Program-made: the position numbers and the translations under genes
The notes under the pieces: generated by a model
The model's database searches: none
What the model was told of the DNA's origin: nothing
The model's input: only the letters and a program-made list of their open reading frames with translations
Assembly: GCA_963805625.1 (NCBI GenBank)
Contig: CAWDVE010000013.1
Coordinates: 544,001 to 608,000, forward strand
Reading direction: 5' to 3'
DNA length: 64,000 bases
DNA from: an uncultured Candidatus Rokubacteria bacterium
GTDB taxonomy: Bacteria; Methylomirabilota; Methylomirabilia; Rokubacteriales; DASRDR01
Part shown: positions 37,822 to 47,479 of the stretch, in pieces
Layout of the letters: each line of letters begins with the position of its first letter
Numbering within the stretch: the stretch's first letter is position 1

Positions 37822-38271
37822 ATGAGCGCGACAACCTGGGCGCTCGCGTGGATCGCGGCGGGGGCGACGACGCTCTTCGCGGGCGGGGCCCTCTACGTGA
37901 GCCTGGTCGAGCACCCGGCGCGCCTCCTCACGGGGCCGCCGATGGCGGTCGCCCAGTTCCGGATGAGCTATCCCCGCGGCGCGCGGCTCCAGGGCGGGCT
38001 GGCGGTGCTGGGGGCCCTGGCGGCGATCGGCGCGTGGCTCGGCGGCGCCCGGATCGGCTGGCTCGCGGCCGGCCTGCTCCTCGGCCTGGTCGTGCCGTAC
38101 ACGCTGGTGGTCATCCTCCCGACCAACAAGCGCCTGCTCGACCGCGCGCTGTCCCCCGACGCGCCCGAGGCGCGGCAGCTCCTCCGCCGCTGGACCGCAC
38201 TTCACGCGGTGCGCACCGTCTTGAGTCTCGCCGCCGCGGCGGCCATGGCGCACCTCCTGGCCCACGGATGA
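37822..38271 (+). CDS. DUF1772 (anthrone oxygenase-like) membrane protein
   Basis: LFAGGALYVSLVEHPAR, PTNKRL, W..LHAVRT. Confidence 0.75.
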   Translation: MSATTWALAWIAAGATTLFAGGALYVSLVEHPARLLTGPPMAVAQFRMSYPRGARLQGGLAVLGALAAIGAWLGGARIGWLAAGLLLGLVVPYTLVVILPTNKRLLDRALSPDAPEARQLLRRWTALHAVRTVLSLAAAAAMAHLLAHG

Positions 38272-39020
38272 GTGCGCCCCACGGCGAGGGACCCGGCGCC
38301 CCGGCCTCGGTCCCCCACCTCGAGATCCGGGCGCTCGCCGTCCGGTACGGGGCGATCCGCGCCGTTCACGACGTGTCCCTCGAGGTGCGGCACGATGAGA
38401 TCGTCACGCTCGTGGGATCGAACGGCGCGGGGAAGTCGTCGACGCTCAATGCGATCGCGGGCTTGGTGCACCCCGCCACCGGCGAGATCCGCCTCGCGGG
38501 AGCCCGGGTCGACGGCAGGCCGCCCTGGGAGCTCGTCGCGCGCGGCGTGAGCCTCACCCCCGAAGGCCGGCAGGTCTTCCCGCGCTTCACCGCCGAGGAG
38601 AACCTGGCCGTCGGCGCCTACGCCCGCCGCGACCGGGCCGGCGTGGCGGACGACCTCGAGCGCGTGTTCGCCCTGTTCCCGGTGCTGCGGGAGCGCCGCC
38701 AGCAGCCGGCGGGGACGCTCTCCGGCGGCGAGCAGCAGATGCTCACCATCGGGCGAGCGCTCATGGCACGCCCGCGGCTTCTCCTCCTGGACGAGCCGTC
38801 GCTCGGGCTCGCGCCCCTGATGGCCCGCCAGATCTTCCAGACCATCGCCGAGATCCGTCGCCAGGGGGTGACCGTCCTCCTCGTCGAGCAGAACGTCCAT
38901 CTCGCGTTCACCGTCGCGGATCGCGCCTACGTCATGGAGACCGGGCGGGTGCGCCTTCAGGGCACGCCGGCCGAGCTCTCCCGCGACGAGGCGATCGTCC
39001 GCACTTACCTGGGAGGCTAG
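38268..39020 (+). CDS. livF: Branched-chain amino acid ABC ATPase
   Basis: GSNGAGKS, PEGR..F, LSGGEQQML, LDEPSLGLAP, VEQN. Confidence 0.9.
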   Translation: MSAPHGEGPGAPASVPHLEIRALAVRYGAIRAVHDVSLEVRHDEIVTLVGSNGAGKSSTLNAIAGLVHPATGEIRLAGARVDGRPPWELVARGVSLTPEGRQVFPRFTAEENLAVGAYARRDRAGVADDLERVFALFPVLRERRQQPAGTLSGGEQQMLTIGRALMARPRLLLLDEPSLGLAPLMARQIFQTIAEIRRQGVTVLLVEQNVHLAFTVADRAYVMETGRVRLQGTPAELSRDEAIVRTYLGG

Positions 39021-39024
39021 CCGC

Positions 39025-40021
39025 ATGTCCGACCGATCCGATCGAGCTGATCGACACCAGGTCCTCTACTGGAATCGCGCCACCCCCGAGCTCTACGCCG
39101 TCATCCGCGAGCAGGCGCCTCCCGAGCTCGAGCCGGTGTTCATCGAGACGGAGGACCCCGCCGAGGCGCGCGGCAAGCTCGCCCGGGCGGAGTTCCTCAT
39201 CATCGCCGACTGGGCGCTCGGCCCGGCCGATCTCGAGGGCGCGCCTCGCCTCCGCATGGTCCAGCACCAGGGCGTCGGCTACGAGCGCATCGACACGCAA
39301 GCCCTGGCCGCCCGGAAGATCCCCCTCTGTCTCTGCCCCGCCGGCACCGCCACGGGCGTGGGCGAGCACACCATGACGCTCATCCTCGCCGTCCTGAAGC
39401 AGGTCGTGCGCGCGCACAACGCCCTCGTCCAGGGCAAGTGGCTCCAGTGGACGCTCCGGCCGCTGACGCGCGACCTCGAGGGGAAGACCCTCGGGCTCTT
39501 CGGGTTCGGCCGGACGGGGCGCGCCACGGCCCAGCGGGCGCTCGGCTTCGGGGTGCGGATCCTCGCCTGCGACCCCTACATCACGCTCACGCCCGAGGAG
39601 CGCGCCCGGTACGGCGGGCATCGAGCTGGTCTCGCGCGAGCGGCTCCTCCGTGAGTCGGACGTCGTGGTCTGCCACGTGCCCTTGACCGACGAGACGCGC
39701 CACATGGTGAACCGGGCGTTCCTCGGCCAGATGAAGCCGAGCGCGTACCTGATCAACATCTCGCGCGGCGGCGTCGTGGACCAGGATGCGCTCGTCGAGG
39801 CCCTCCGGGAGCGCCGCATCGCCGGCGCCGGGCTCGACGTCTTCACGCCCGAGCCGCTCGCGCCCGGGCATCCCCTCACCACCCTCGACAACGTCGTGCT
39901 CACCCCGCACGTGGGCGCGGGAACGCTCGACGCCTTCCGCACGAAGATGCGGTTCGCGATGGGCAACATCCAGCGCGTCGTCCAGGGAGAGCCGCCGCTC
40001 GAGCGCGTCCCCGGCACCTGA
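39025..40021 (+). pseudogene. 2-hydroxyacid dehydrogenase split by a frameshift near 39616
   Basis: GLFGFGRTG in the first frame; TAC GGC G GGC ATC shifts to GIELVS...INISRG, LDVF..EP, TPHVG in the second frame. Confidence 0.78.
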
Positions 40022-40042
40022 CGGGCGGTCGCGGAGATCGCC

Positions 40043-40777
40043 CTGCCATCGCTCGCCGGCATCTTGCTCCTGCTCGCCGCCGCCTTCCCCGCGGCCGTGG
40101 CCGGGGGCGCGCTCGGCTTCGGGACCGGGCTCGTCATGCTGCCGCTCGTCGTCTGGGTGGTGGGCGTGCGCGCGAGCGTCCCGGTCCTGACGATCGCCCT
40201 CATCGTGGGCAACGTCTCGCGCGCGTGGTTCAGCCGGGACGAGCTCGACTGGCGTGTGATCGGGGCTTACCTCCTGGGCGCGGTGCCGCTCGCGGTGATC
40301 GGCGCCGTGCTCTACACGGCGACCCCGCCCGAGTGGCTCTCGCGCCTCATGGGGCTCGTGCTGCTCCTGGCAATCCCGCTCCACCGCTGGCTCGGGCGAG
40401 GTCCCCGCCGGATGCGGCTCCAGCACTTCCCGCTGCTCGGCGCGGGGACCGGTCTCCTGTCGGCCCTCGTGGCCGCCACCGGCCCCGTCAACATGCCCTT
40501 CTTCCTCGGCTACGGGCTCCGCCGCGGGGCATTCATCGGGACGGAGGCCGTGTGCGCCGCGGCCGTCCATCTCACCAAGACCGCGATCTACGGCCGCTAC
40601 GCCCTCGTGACCCCCGAGACCGGCGCGCTCGGCCTCGCGATGGGCGCGGTCATGTTCGTCGGCGCGTTCGTCGGCCGCCGGATCCTCGAGCGGATGAGCG
40701 ACCGGTCCTTCGTGCTGGCGCTCGAGGTCCTCGTCGCGGGTCTCGGCCTGCTCTTCCTCGTCCGTCCCCCGCACTAG
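40043..40777 (+). CDS. Sulfite exporter TauE/SafE family (CTG 40043 or TTG 40064 start)
   Basis: GFGTG...P, GP..MPF, FIGT.A, multiple TM helices. Confidence 0.8.
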   Translation: MPSLAGILLLLAAAFPAAVAGGALGFGTGLVMLPLVVWVVGVRASVPVLTIALIVGNVSRAWFSRDELDWRVIGAYLLGAVPLAVIGAVLYTATPPEWLSRLMGLVLLLAIPLHRWLGRGPRRMRLQHFPLLGAGTGLLSALVAATGPVNMPFFLGYGLRRGAFIGTEAVCAAAVHLTKTAIYGRYALVTPETGALGLAMGAVMFVGAFVGRRILERMSDRSFVLALEVLVAGLGLLFLVRPPH

Positions 40778-40793
40778 ACACAGGAGGGTCCTG

Positions 40794-41192
40794 ATGACCA
40801 TCGAAGCCGGGCTGGTGGGTGAAGTCCAGATCGTGGTCCAGCCGGCCGACACGGCGGCCGCGCTCGGGAACACGGGCGTCGACGTGCTGGCCACGCCACG
40901 CCTGGTGGCGCTCCTCGAGCTCGCGGCCATCCGCGCGGTCGAGGCTCAGCTCCCGCCCGGGGCCGGGACGGTGGGGACGCGGATCGACGTCCGTCACCTG
41001 GCGGCCACGCCGGTCGGCATGCGCGCGACCATCCGCGCGACGCTCCGCGAGGTCGACGGCCGCCGCTTCGTGTTCAACATCGAGGGCCACGACGAGGTCG
41101 AGCGCATCGTCGAGGGGACGCACGAGCGGTTCCAGATCGACCCGGCGAGATTCCTCGCCCGCATCGCCGCGAAGGGCCAGCGTTCGAGCTAG
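40794..41192 (+). CDS. FlK-like hotdog thioesterase
   Basis: VLATP....LE, TVG..IDVRHLAATPVG, G.H.R; SD AGGAGG. Confidence 0.85.
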   Translation: MTIEAGLVGEVQIVVQPADTAAALGNTGVDVLATPRLVALLELAAIRAVEAQLPPGAGTVGTRIDVRHLAATPVGMRATIRATLREVDGRRFVFNIEGHDEVERIVEGTHERFQIDPARFLARIAAKGQRSS

Positions 41193-41235
41193 CCACCCGC
41201 GGCGGTACATCACGGACGCTCGGAGAATCGAGGCG

Positions 41236-43362
41236 TCAGTCGGCGAGGACGACCTGGTCGCGGCCCTCGCGCTTGGCACGGTAGAGCGCGGCGTCGGCGG
41301 CCCGGAGGAGCGCGCTGCCCACCCCGCCGTGTTCCGGGAACGCGGCCACGCCCATCGAGCAGCGCACCGGCTCGAGGGGCCGGCCCTCGTGGGTCACCCG
41401 GAGCCCGCGAATCGCCTCGCGGATCTCCTCGGCCCGGCGCTGCGCGTCCACGAGCGACGCCGCCGGCAGGATGAGCACGAACTCCTCGCCGCCGTACCGG
41501 CACGCGACGTCTCCCGCCCGCGACGCGCTGCGGAGGAGCGCGCCGAGGCTCGACAGGATGATGTCGCCCGCTTCGTGGCCGAAGCTGTCGTTGAAATGCT
41601 TGAACCGGTCGATGTCGAGGAGGATCAGGGACAGCGGCCGATGCTCGCGCTCCGCTCGGCTCAGCTCCCGATCGAGCGTCTCCTCCATGTACCGGCGGTT
41701 GAACAGCCCGGTCAGCGGGTCGCGGATCGACTGGCCCTGCAGGGTCTCCCGCAGTCGGACGTTCGCCAGGGCGAGCGCGAACTGCTCCGCCACGGTCACG
41801 GCGAGGCGCACCCGGGCCTCGCCCAGGCCTCCCTCGACCGGCACGCCCGGGGGCACGGCGAGGGTGAAGAGGCCGAGCGTCTCACCCTGAGCCGCCAGCG
41901 GCACGCAGACGAACGCCGGCGGCGTGGGCTCGCCGAGGTGGAGACACGCCGGGCTCGCCTGGCCGTCGTCCACCCGGTAGACCCGGCCCCGGCGGAGAGC
42001 CCAGCAATCGTCGAGCTGGAACCGCTCCCGCCCGCCCGCGAGCGGCGGGCCCCAGACCGCGACGGCCCACAACCCGTCGCGCGAGGCGGGCGTCACCAGG
42101 ATCGCCCCCGACGCGTCCGGGAAGAGCCGGCCGCAGAGCTGACCCATTATGCCGTGCGCCTCGTCCGGGGTCGCGCAGGCCTGGAGGAGCTCGCTCAGCT
42201 GCCGCAGGAGCTCGACCTCCCGCGTCCGCTCCGCGACCAGCGTGTCGACGCGCCCGGCGAGGGAGTGCCGCGCCTCCCGCTCGGCGCTCACCATGGCGCT
42301 CACGCGCGCGGCCATCCCGTTCAGCCCACGCGCGAGCGCGCCGATCTCGTCCCCGCCCGCCACCTCCGCGCGCGCCTCCAGGTCGCCCGCAGCCAGCCGG
42401 CCAGCCGCGTCGGCCAGGAGCTTGAGCCGGCGGAGGACGATCCACTCGCTGCCGAGCCACGCGGCCGCGATCGCCACCACCGCGACGAGCCCCAGCCCGA
42501 GGAGGTTCCGCACGAACGCCCGGTCGGCGGCGGCGAACGCCGCCTCTCGCGGGAGCGACACGCTCAGGTACGCGCGCCGAGTCCCGGCCGGCCCGGGAAC
42601 GGGGGCAAACCCGAGCAGCCGCACCACGCCGTCGGCGCCGGCCACCTCGGCCGTGCCCTCCCCCTTCTCGGCCACGGCCGCCGACACCACCCCGGCCTCG
42701 GGAAGACGCTGGCCCACCCAGCGCCAGGGATCCGGATGCCGCGCCAGGATCGTGCCGCTGTCGTCCGAGAGGGCGACCGCCCAGTCCGCCGGCAAGTCGA
42801 CCGCGGCGAAGCGCCCCACCCACCCGAGATCGAGCGCTGCGAACACGACGAACTGCGTCCCGCCGCCCGGATACGGCACCGGAAGCGCGGCGACGAGCTG
42901 CGGCTTTCGCGTGGCGAGATCGAGCTCGTGGTCTCCCGTGGCAAACGCCTGGGTGCGGACGGCCCGATCGAACCACGGCCGGTCCGTCACGTTGAGCGGC
43001 CGGGACAGCGGCACGGCGCTGCACCTGACCTCGCCGCCCGCTCCTGCGACGCCGAGGGTCGTCATGTCGGGGAATTCCCGGAGGAGCGCCGCGTAGCGGA
43101 CACCACACGCCGTCGAGTTGCCCGCGCGGGTCTCGGGCTGCGCCGCCAGGGTCACGAGAAGCCGCCGCGCCTCCCCCAGCCGCTGCTCGTGCGCCCGGAC
43201 GAGGCCCCCGGCGAAGCGGAGCGCGGCCTCGCGCCCCTCCTGGGCGGCCTGCCGCCGTTGCGCGACGTGGGTGTAGAGGGCCAGCCCAAGGGTCGGGAGG
43301 GCGGCCAGCACGATCAAGGCCACCAGGCGCTCTCGGAGGCTCCCGAATCGCATCGACACCAT
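41236..43362 (-). CDS. Diguanylate cyclase (Cache-HAMP-GAF-GGDEF)
   Basis: RDPLTGLFNRR, DIDRFK.FND.FGH..GD, RAGD I-site (RxxD), RYGGEEF. Confidence 0.9.
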   Translation of the reverse strand: MVSMRFGSLRERLVALIVLAALPTLGLALYTHVAQRRQAAQEGREAALRFAGGLVRAHEQRLGEARRLLVTLAAQPETRAGNSTACGVRYAALLREFPDMTTLGVAGAGGEVRCSAVPLSRPLNVTDRPWFDRAVRTQAFATGDHELDLATRKPQLVAALPVPYPGGGTQFVVFAALDLGWVGRFAAVDLPADWAVALSDDSGTILARHPDPWRWVGQRLPEAGVVSAAVAEKGEGTAEVAGADGVVRLLGFAPVPGPAGTRRAYLSVSLPREAAFAAADRAFVRNLLGLGLVAVVAIAAAWLGSEWIVLRRLKLLADAAGRLAAGDLEARAEVAGGDEIGALARGLNGMAARVSAMVSAEREARHSLAGRVDTLVAERTREVELLRQLSELLQACATPDEAHGIMGQLCGRLFPDASGAILVTPASRDGLWAVAVWGPPLAGGRERFQLDDCWALRRGRVYRVDDGQASPACLHLGEPTPPAFVCVPLAAQGETLGLFTLAVPPGVPVEGGLGEARVRLAVTVAEQFALALANVRLRETLQGQSIRDPLTGLFNRRYMEETLDRELSRAEREHRPLSLILLDIDRFKHFNDSFGHEAGDIILSSLGALLRSASRAGDVACRYGGEEFVLILPAASLVDAQRRAEEIREAIRGLRVTHEGRPLEPVRCSMGVAAFPEHGGVGSALLRAADAALYRAKREGRDQVVLAD

Positions 43363-43406
43363 TGTCGCCGGCGGGGTTCTCTCCTTTCTCTATCACGACT
43401 CCCGGG

Positions 43407-43412
43407 TACAAT
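43407..43412 (+). promoter_or_regulatory. -10 box of a probable leaderless transcript
   Basis: TACAAT 7 nt before GTG 43420, no SD. Confidence 0.55.
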
Positions 43413-43419
43413 CTAGCCC

Positions 43420-45045
43420 GTGCGCCCGCCCCGGGACGCCCTGCTTCTCCTCGCGCTCGCGGGGCTCCTCCTCCTCGTCGGCCTGGGAGCCGTGGCGCTC
43501 ACGGACCGCGACGAGGGCGCCAATGCCGAGGCGGCCCGCGAGATGCTGGAGGCGCGCTCCTGGATCACGCCCACCCTCGGCGGGGTGCCGCGCTTCGCCA
43601 AGCCCGCGCTCGTCTACTGGCTCACGGCAGGGGCGTACGCGGTCCTGGGAGTGGGCGAGACGGCGGCGCGCCTCCCGTCGGCCGTCGCGGCGCTCCTCCT
43701 CGTGCTGGTCCAGTACGCCTTCGCCCGCTGGGTCTTCGGGAGGGACGTGGCCTGGCGCGCCGCGCTGGTGCTGCTCCTCTCCGTCGAGTACGTCGCGATC
43801 GGCCGGATGGCGCTCACCGACGCGACGCTCGCGCTCTGGACGACCGTCGCGGGCTACGCGTTCCTCCGGGGGTGGTGGGGAGGCGCACCACGCGGCCCCT
43901 GGTACGCGGTCGCCTGGATCGCCGCCGGTCTCGCGGCGCTCGCCAAGGGGCCGGTGGGGCTCCTGATCCCGCTCGGCGGGGTGGTCGCCTACCTCCTGCT
44001 CGCGAGTGGCCTCGGTCAGGCGTGGCGGGAGGCGTGGCCCCTCCGCGGGCTGGGGCTCTTCCTCCTGGTCGCCGGACCGTGGTACGCCGCCATGTTCTGG
44101 CTCCACGGCTGGGACTACGCCGCGCGAGCCCGGGGCGAGACCCTCGGCCGCGTGCTCCGGCCCGTGACCGGGCCGGGCGGGACGGCGCTCTTCTACGTCC
44201 CGGTGCTGCTGCTGGGCTTCTTCCCCTGGAGCGCATTCCTGCCGGAGGCCGTCGTCGCGGGGCTCCGGCAGGCGCGCGTGCGGGCCCGACGCACCCGGCA
44301 GGAGGCGGTGACTGTCTTCGCCGGCGTCTGGTTGCTCGCGGGCCTGGCGCTCTTCTCGGTGGCCCAGACCCGGCTCCCCCACTACGTCCTCCCGCTGTTT
44401 CCCGCGGCCGCCCTCCTCGTCGCGGCGTCCTGGCCGGCGCGGCCCTCGCGCCTGTCCCGGAGCCTCCTCGGCGGGACCGGTGTCGCCGTGGGCGCGCTCC
44501 TGGCCGGGGCGTGGCTCGCGTCGGACCAGCTCGTGCGCCTCCTCGCCCCCGCGTACCCCGCGGCCGCCGGCGCGCGCCTGCCCGCGAGCGCCCTCCTCGT
44601 CGCGGTCCTGGTCGCGGGCGCCGGCGGGGTGGCGCTCGTGCGCGATGGCGCCCGTCTCTTCACGACGCTCGCCGCGCTGAGCGTGCTCGTGCTCGCGATC
44701 GGCTTTCAGGTCGCGCTCCCGGCCTTCAGCCGGGACTTCGTCGCGCCCGCCGGCGAGCTCGCGGCCCGGGCTGCCCGCGCCGCGGGGCCGTGCGACACGC
44801 TCGCCGCGGCCGGCCCGTACCGGCCGAGCCTCCTCTTCTACGCGCGGCGGCCCGTCGAGTTCCTGGGCCGGCAGGGCGACGCCCGCCTCGGGGAGCTCGG
44901 GACACGCCCCGGACGGCTCTTCGTCATCGCGCCGGCCGCGCTCGTGCGGACGCTCCCGGGCGCCGCGGCGCTCTCCGTCCTGGAGACGCGGGGCGGCTAC
45001 GTCCTCCTGGCGAGCGACGCGGCGGCGCGCGGATGCGTCGCGTGA
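43420..45045 (+). CDS. ArnT-like glycosyltransferase
   Basis: DRDEG...AAREM, FAKP.LVYW, ARLPS, KGPVG, LPHY.LP. Confidence 0.85.
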   Translation: MRPPRDALLLLALAGLLLLVGLGAVALTDRDEGANAEAAREMLEARSWITPTLGGVPRFAKPALVYWLTAGAYAVLGVGETAARLPSAVAALLLVLVQYAFARWVFGRDVAWRAALVLLLSVEYVAIGRMALTDATLALWTTVAGYAFLRGWWGGAPRGPWYAVAWIAAGLAALAKGPVGLLIPLGGVVAYLLLASGLGQAWREAWPLRGLGLFLLVAGPWYAAMFWLHGWDYAARARGETLGRVLRPVTGPGGTALFYVPVLLLGFFPWSAFLPEAVVAGLRQARVRARRTRQEAVTVFAGVWLLAGLALFSVAQTRLPHYVLPLFPAAALLVAASWPARPSRLSRSLLGGTGVAVGALLAGAWLASDQLVRLLAPAYPAAAGARLPASALLVAVLVAGAGGVALVRDGARLFTTLAALSVLVLAIGFQVALPAFSRDFVAPAGELAARAARAAGPCDTLAAAGPYRPSLLFYARRPVEFLGRQGDARLGELGTRPGRLFVIAPAALVRTLPGAAALSVLETRGGYVLLASDAAARGCVA

Positions 45046-46745
45046 GCGGCCGCGGGCGCCTCGGTCCCGTGCTGCTCGTCCTCGCGCTCGGCGCGGTCCT
45101 CTACCTGCCCGGGCTCGGGCGCGAGATCCTGCGCCACCCGCTGGAGGCGAAGTACGCGCTGGCCGCGCGCGAGATGGTTCGCGGGGGGCCGTGGCTGGTG
45201 GCCCACCTCTTCGGCGAGATCTATCCCGACAAGCCGCCGCTCTTCTTCTGGGCCGCCGCGGCCGTGGCCGAGCTGCGGGGCGGACGCCTCGACGAGGTGT
45301 CGGCCCGGCTGCCCGCGGCCCTGGGCGGCCTCGCGAGCCTCGTCTTCACGCTGGCGCTCGGCGCGGCGCTCTTCGGCGCGCGAGCGGGCCTGCTCGGCGC
45401 CGCCGTCCTGGCCACGAGCGGCCTCTTCTTCTGGTACGCGCGGCAGGGGCACCCCGACCAGTTCCTGATCGCGGGGGTGACGCTCGCGTGCCTCGGCCTC
45501 TGGCGGAGCTTCACCACCGCGCGGGGACCGCGCCGCACCGCCTGGATCGCGCTCGCATACGCGGCGATGGCGCTCGCCGTGTTGAGCAAGGGACTCCTCG
45601 GGCTCGTCCTCCCCCTGCTCGCGGGTCTTCTCTACCTCGCCCTGACCGGGCCGCTCCGGGTGGTGCCCCGGCGGGTCGGGCTCTGGCCCGGCCTTCCCGT
45701 CTTCGTCGCGGTCGTGCTCGGCTGGTACGGCCCTGCCGTCTCACGCCACGGCCTCGGTTACCTTCGCGAGACGATCGTGCACCAGCAGGTCGAGCGATAC
45801 GCCCGGAGCTGGGTGCACCACGGCCCGTGGTACCAGTACTTCGCCGACTTCACGACCGGGTTCCTGCCGTGGAGCCTGTTCATGCCGGGCGCCGTCGCCC
45901 TGGCGTGGGCGGCCTGGCGCGGCGCGAAGGACCGCCTGCGAGAGGCGCGCGCGGCGGACGCCCCGGACGGCCAGGCACCGGCGCCGTTCCTGTTCCCGCT
46001 CTGCTGGTTCGTGGCGGGGTTCGTGTTCTTCAGCCTGTCCACCGGCAAGCGCGCCGCCTATCTCCTCCCGCTCTATCCCGCGGCGGCGCTGCTCGTCGGC
46101 TGGATGTGGGCGCAGGCGATCGCGGAGGGACGGCGCTCGCGCTGGCTCGCGGTGCCGGTCGCGCTCCTCGCGGGCGTCGCCGCCCTCCTCGCGGGGGCCG
46201 CAGCCATCCAGGCGCTGGGCGTCCTCGTCCTGCCGCGGCGCCTCATCCCCGGCCGCATGGTGGACACGCTGGTGCCCGCCGATCCCGCGTGGCAGGTCGT
46301 GGCCGCCGTGGTGCTGCTCGCCGGGGGCGCGGCGGTCTGGCTGACGTGGCGGCGCGGCCGTCCCGGGGCGACGTTCGTCGCGATCGTCGCGGCGGCCGCG
46401 GTCTGCCTCCTCGGCGTCACGCTCGTCCGCGCGCCCCAGTACGAGGCGCGATACCCGGCGCGCGCGCTGGCCGCGCGCATCGCCCTTCACGTGCCCCCGG
46501 GTGAGCCCGTGCTCTCGCTCCTCGGCGACTACGACTTCCTGGTGGCCTTCTACCTCGACCGCCCCATCGCGCCCTTGCCGGGTCCCTCCGAGCTCCTGGC
46601 GGCCCGTCGCGCGGCCCCGCGCCTGGCCCTCCTCGACAACAACGACCGGGCGCTCCTCACCGAGCCGGGCGTCACAATCCTCACCGAAGGACGCCTAGGT
46701 CCGAAGCGCATCGTCCTCGTCCGGCTCGACCGGCACCCCGGCTGA
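45033..46745 (+). CDS. ArnT-like glycosyltransferase
   Basis: EAKYALAAREM, DKPPLFFW, ARLP, SKG..G, K...YLLP.YP. Confidence 0.85.
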   Translation: MRRVSGRGRLGPVLLVLALGAVLYLPGLGREILRHPLEAKYALAAREMVRGGPWLVAHLFGEIYPDKPPLFFWAAAAVAELRGGRLDEVSARLPAALGGLASLVFTLALGAALFGARAGLLGAAVLATSGLFFWYARQGHPDQFLIAGVTLACLGLWRSFTTARGPRRTAWIALAYAAMALAVLSKGLLGLVLPLLAGLLYLALTGPLRVVPRRVGLWPGLPVFVAVVLGWYGPAVSRHGLGYLRETIVHQQVERYARSWVHHGPWYQYFADFTTGFLPWSLFMPGAVALAWAAWRGAKDRLREARAADAPDGQAPAPFLFPLCWFVAGFVFFSLSTGKRAAYLLPLYPAAALLVGWMWAQAIAEGRRSRWLAVPVALLAGVAALLAGAAAIQALGVLVLPRRLIPGRMVDTLVPADPAWQVVAAVVLLAGGAAVWLTWRRGRPGATFVAIVAAAAVCLLGVTLVRAPQYEARYPARALAARIALHVPPGEPVLSLLGDYDFLVAFYLDRPIAPLPGPSELLAARRAAPRLALLDNNDRALLTEPGVTILTEGRLGPKRIVLVRLDRHPG

Positions 46746-46778
46746 CGACCGCGGCCCGCGCGTGAGAAGTGCTCTCCA

Positions 46779-47074
46779 TCAAGACCGACGCTGCCACCTT
46801 CGCGGGTCTCGCTTGGCGTGCATGCACGCGACCACGACGATCGTGTCTCCGTAGCTACGATAGAAGAGACCATAGGGGAAGCGCCGCGGAATCAGAGCGC
46901 GGCGAGTGCTCCGGTGGATGACGGCGAACGCCTCTGGCTGCGTCACCACGCGGTCAAGCGCCAACCCGAGCGCCACAAGAACTCGTCGCCCAACCCCGGC
47001 CGCTGCTGCTCGTACCACTCGTACGCGGCCTCGATCTCAGCGGCAGCCGCAGGCCGGACAACGACGTGCTTCAC
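46779..47074 (-). pseudogene. parE: RelE/ParE family toxin with a 1-nt deletion near 46976
   Basis: VRPAA..EI..AYEWYEQQRPGLGDEF, then a shift to ...RRFPYGLFYR...HAKRDP; span is 296 nt. Confidence 0.75.
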
Positions 47075-47292
47075 CGACTCCGACTGCGGATCCGGCTCAG
47101 CACCTCGTCCCAAGGGATCCCGACGGGGCCGTCATGCTCAAGCTCGTCCAAGCGCCGGTCGAGTTCCGCACGCTGGGCATGCGTCAATGGTACAGCCTCG
47201 GGTCGGGACGCTAGGCTGTCCCAGAGTTGTTCCAACAAGGTCAGCCGTTCGTCGGGAGTCAGTGCTGCGATGTCAAGACCTCGTTCGCTCAT
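47071..47292 (-). CDS. Addiction module antitoxin (TIGR02574-like)
   Basis: LTPDERL.L.E.LWDSL...AQRAELDRRL...IPWDEV; GTGA overlap with the toxin. Confidence 0.85.
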   Translation of the reverse strand: MSERGLDIAALTPDERLTLLEQLWDSLASRPEAVPLTHAQRAELDRRLDELEHDGPVGIPWDEVLSRIRSRSR

Positions 47293-47458
47293 GCCGCAAG
47301 TATAGCCTCTTCGCGCGCGAGCTGGTTTCTGCTCCGCCGAAAGATCTCTCGCTCGCGCTCCTCGACCTGCCGCCGACGTTCCCGCTCGGCAAACTCCCGC
47401 AGCGCGGCCGAACGAGCGCCGAGCGCGGCCGGCGGGGAGACGCCCCTGAGGTTTTCAT
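47289..47458 (-). pseudogene. Possible ribbon-helix-helix antitoxin remnant
   Basis: MKTS start and out-of-frame RSAALREFAERERRR...EIFRR...LARE. Confidence 0.3.
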
Positions 47459-47479
47459 CCCGAGCAGGGTTCCCGGCGC

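Noticed and set aside
40794-41192. FlK-like thioesterase as resistance or release enzyme for the halogenase cluster
   Set aside because: It is about 20 kb away in another operon, and the family is widespread
43362-45032. 1127-aa ORF suggesting a giant fused ArnT
   Set aside because: The N-terminal half is an Arg/Gly/Pro-rich alternative frame of the 43420 gene; the real protein starts near 45033
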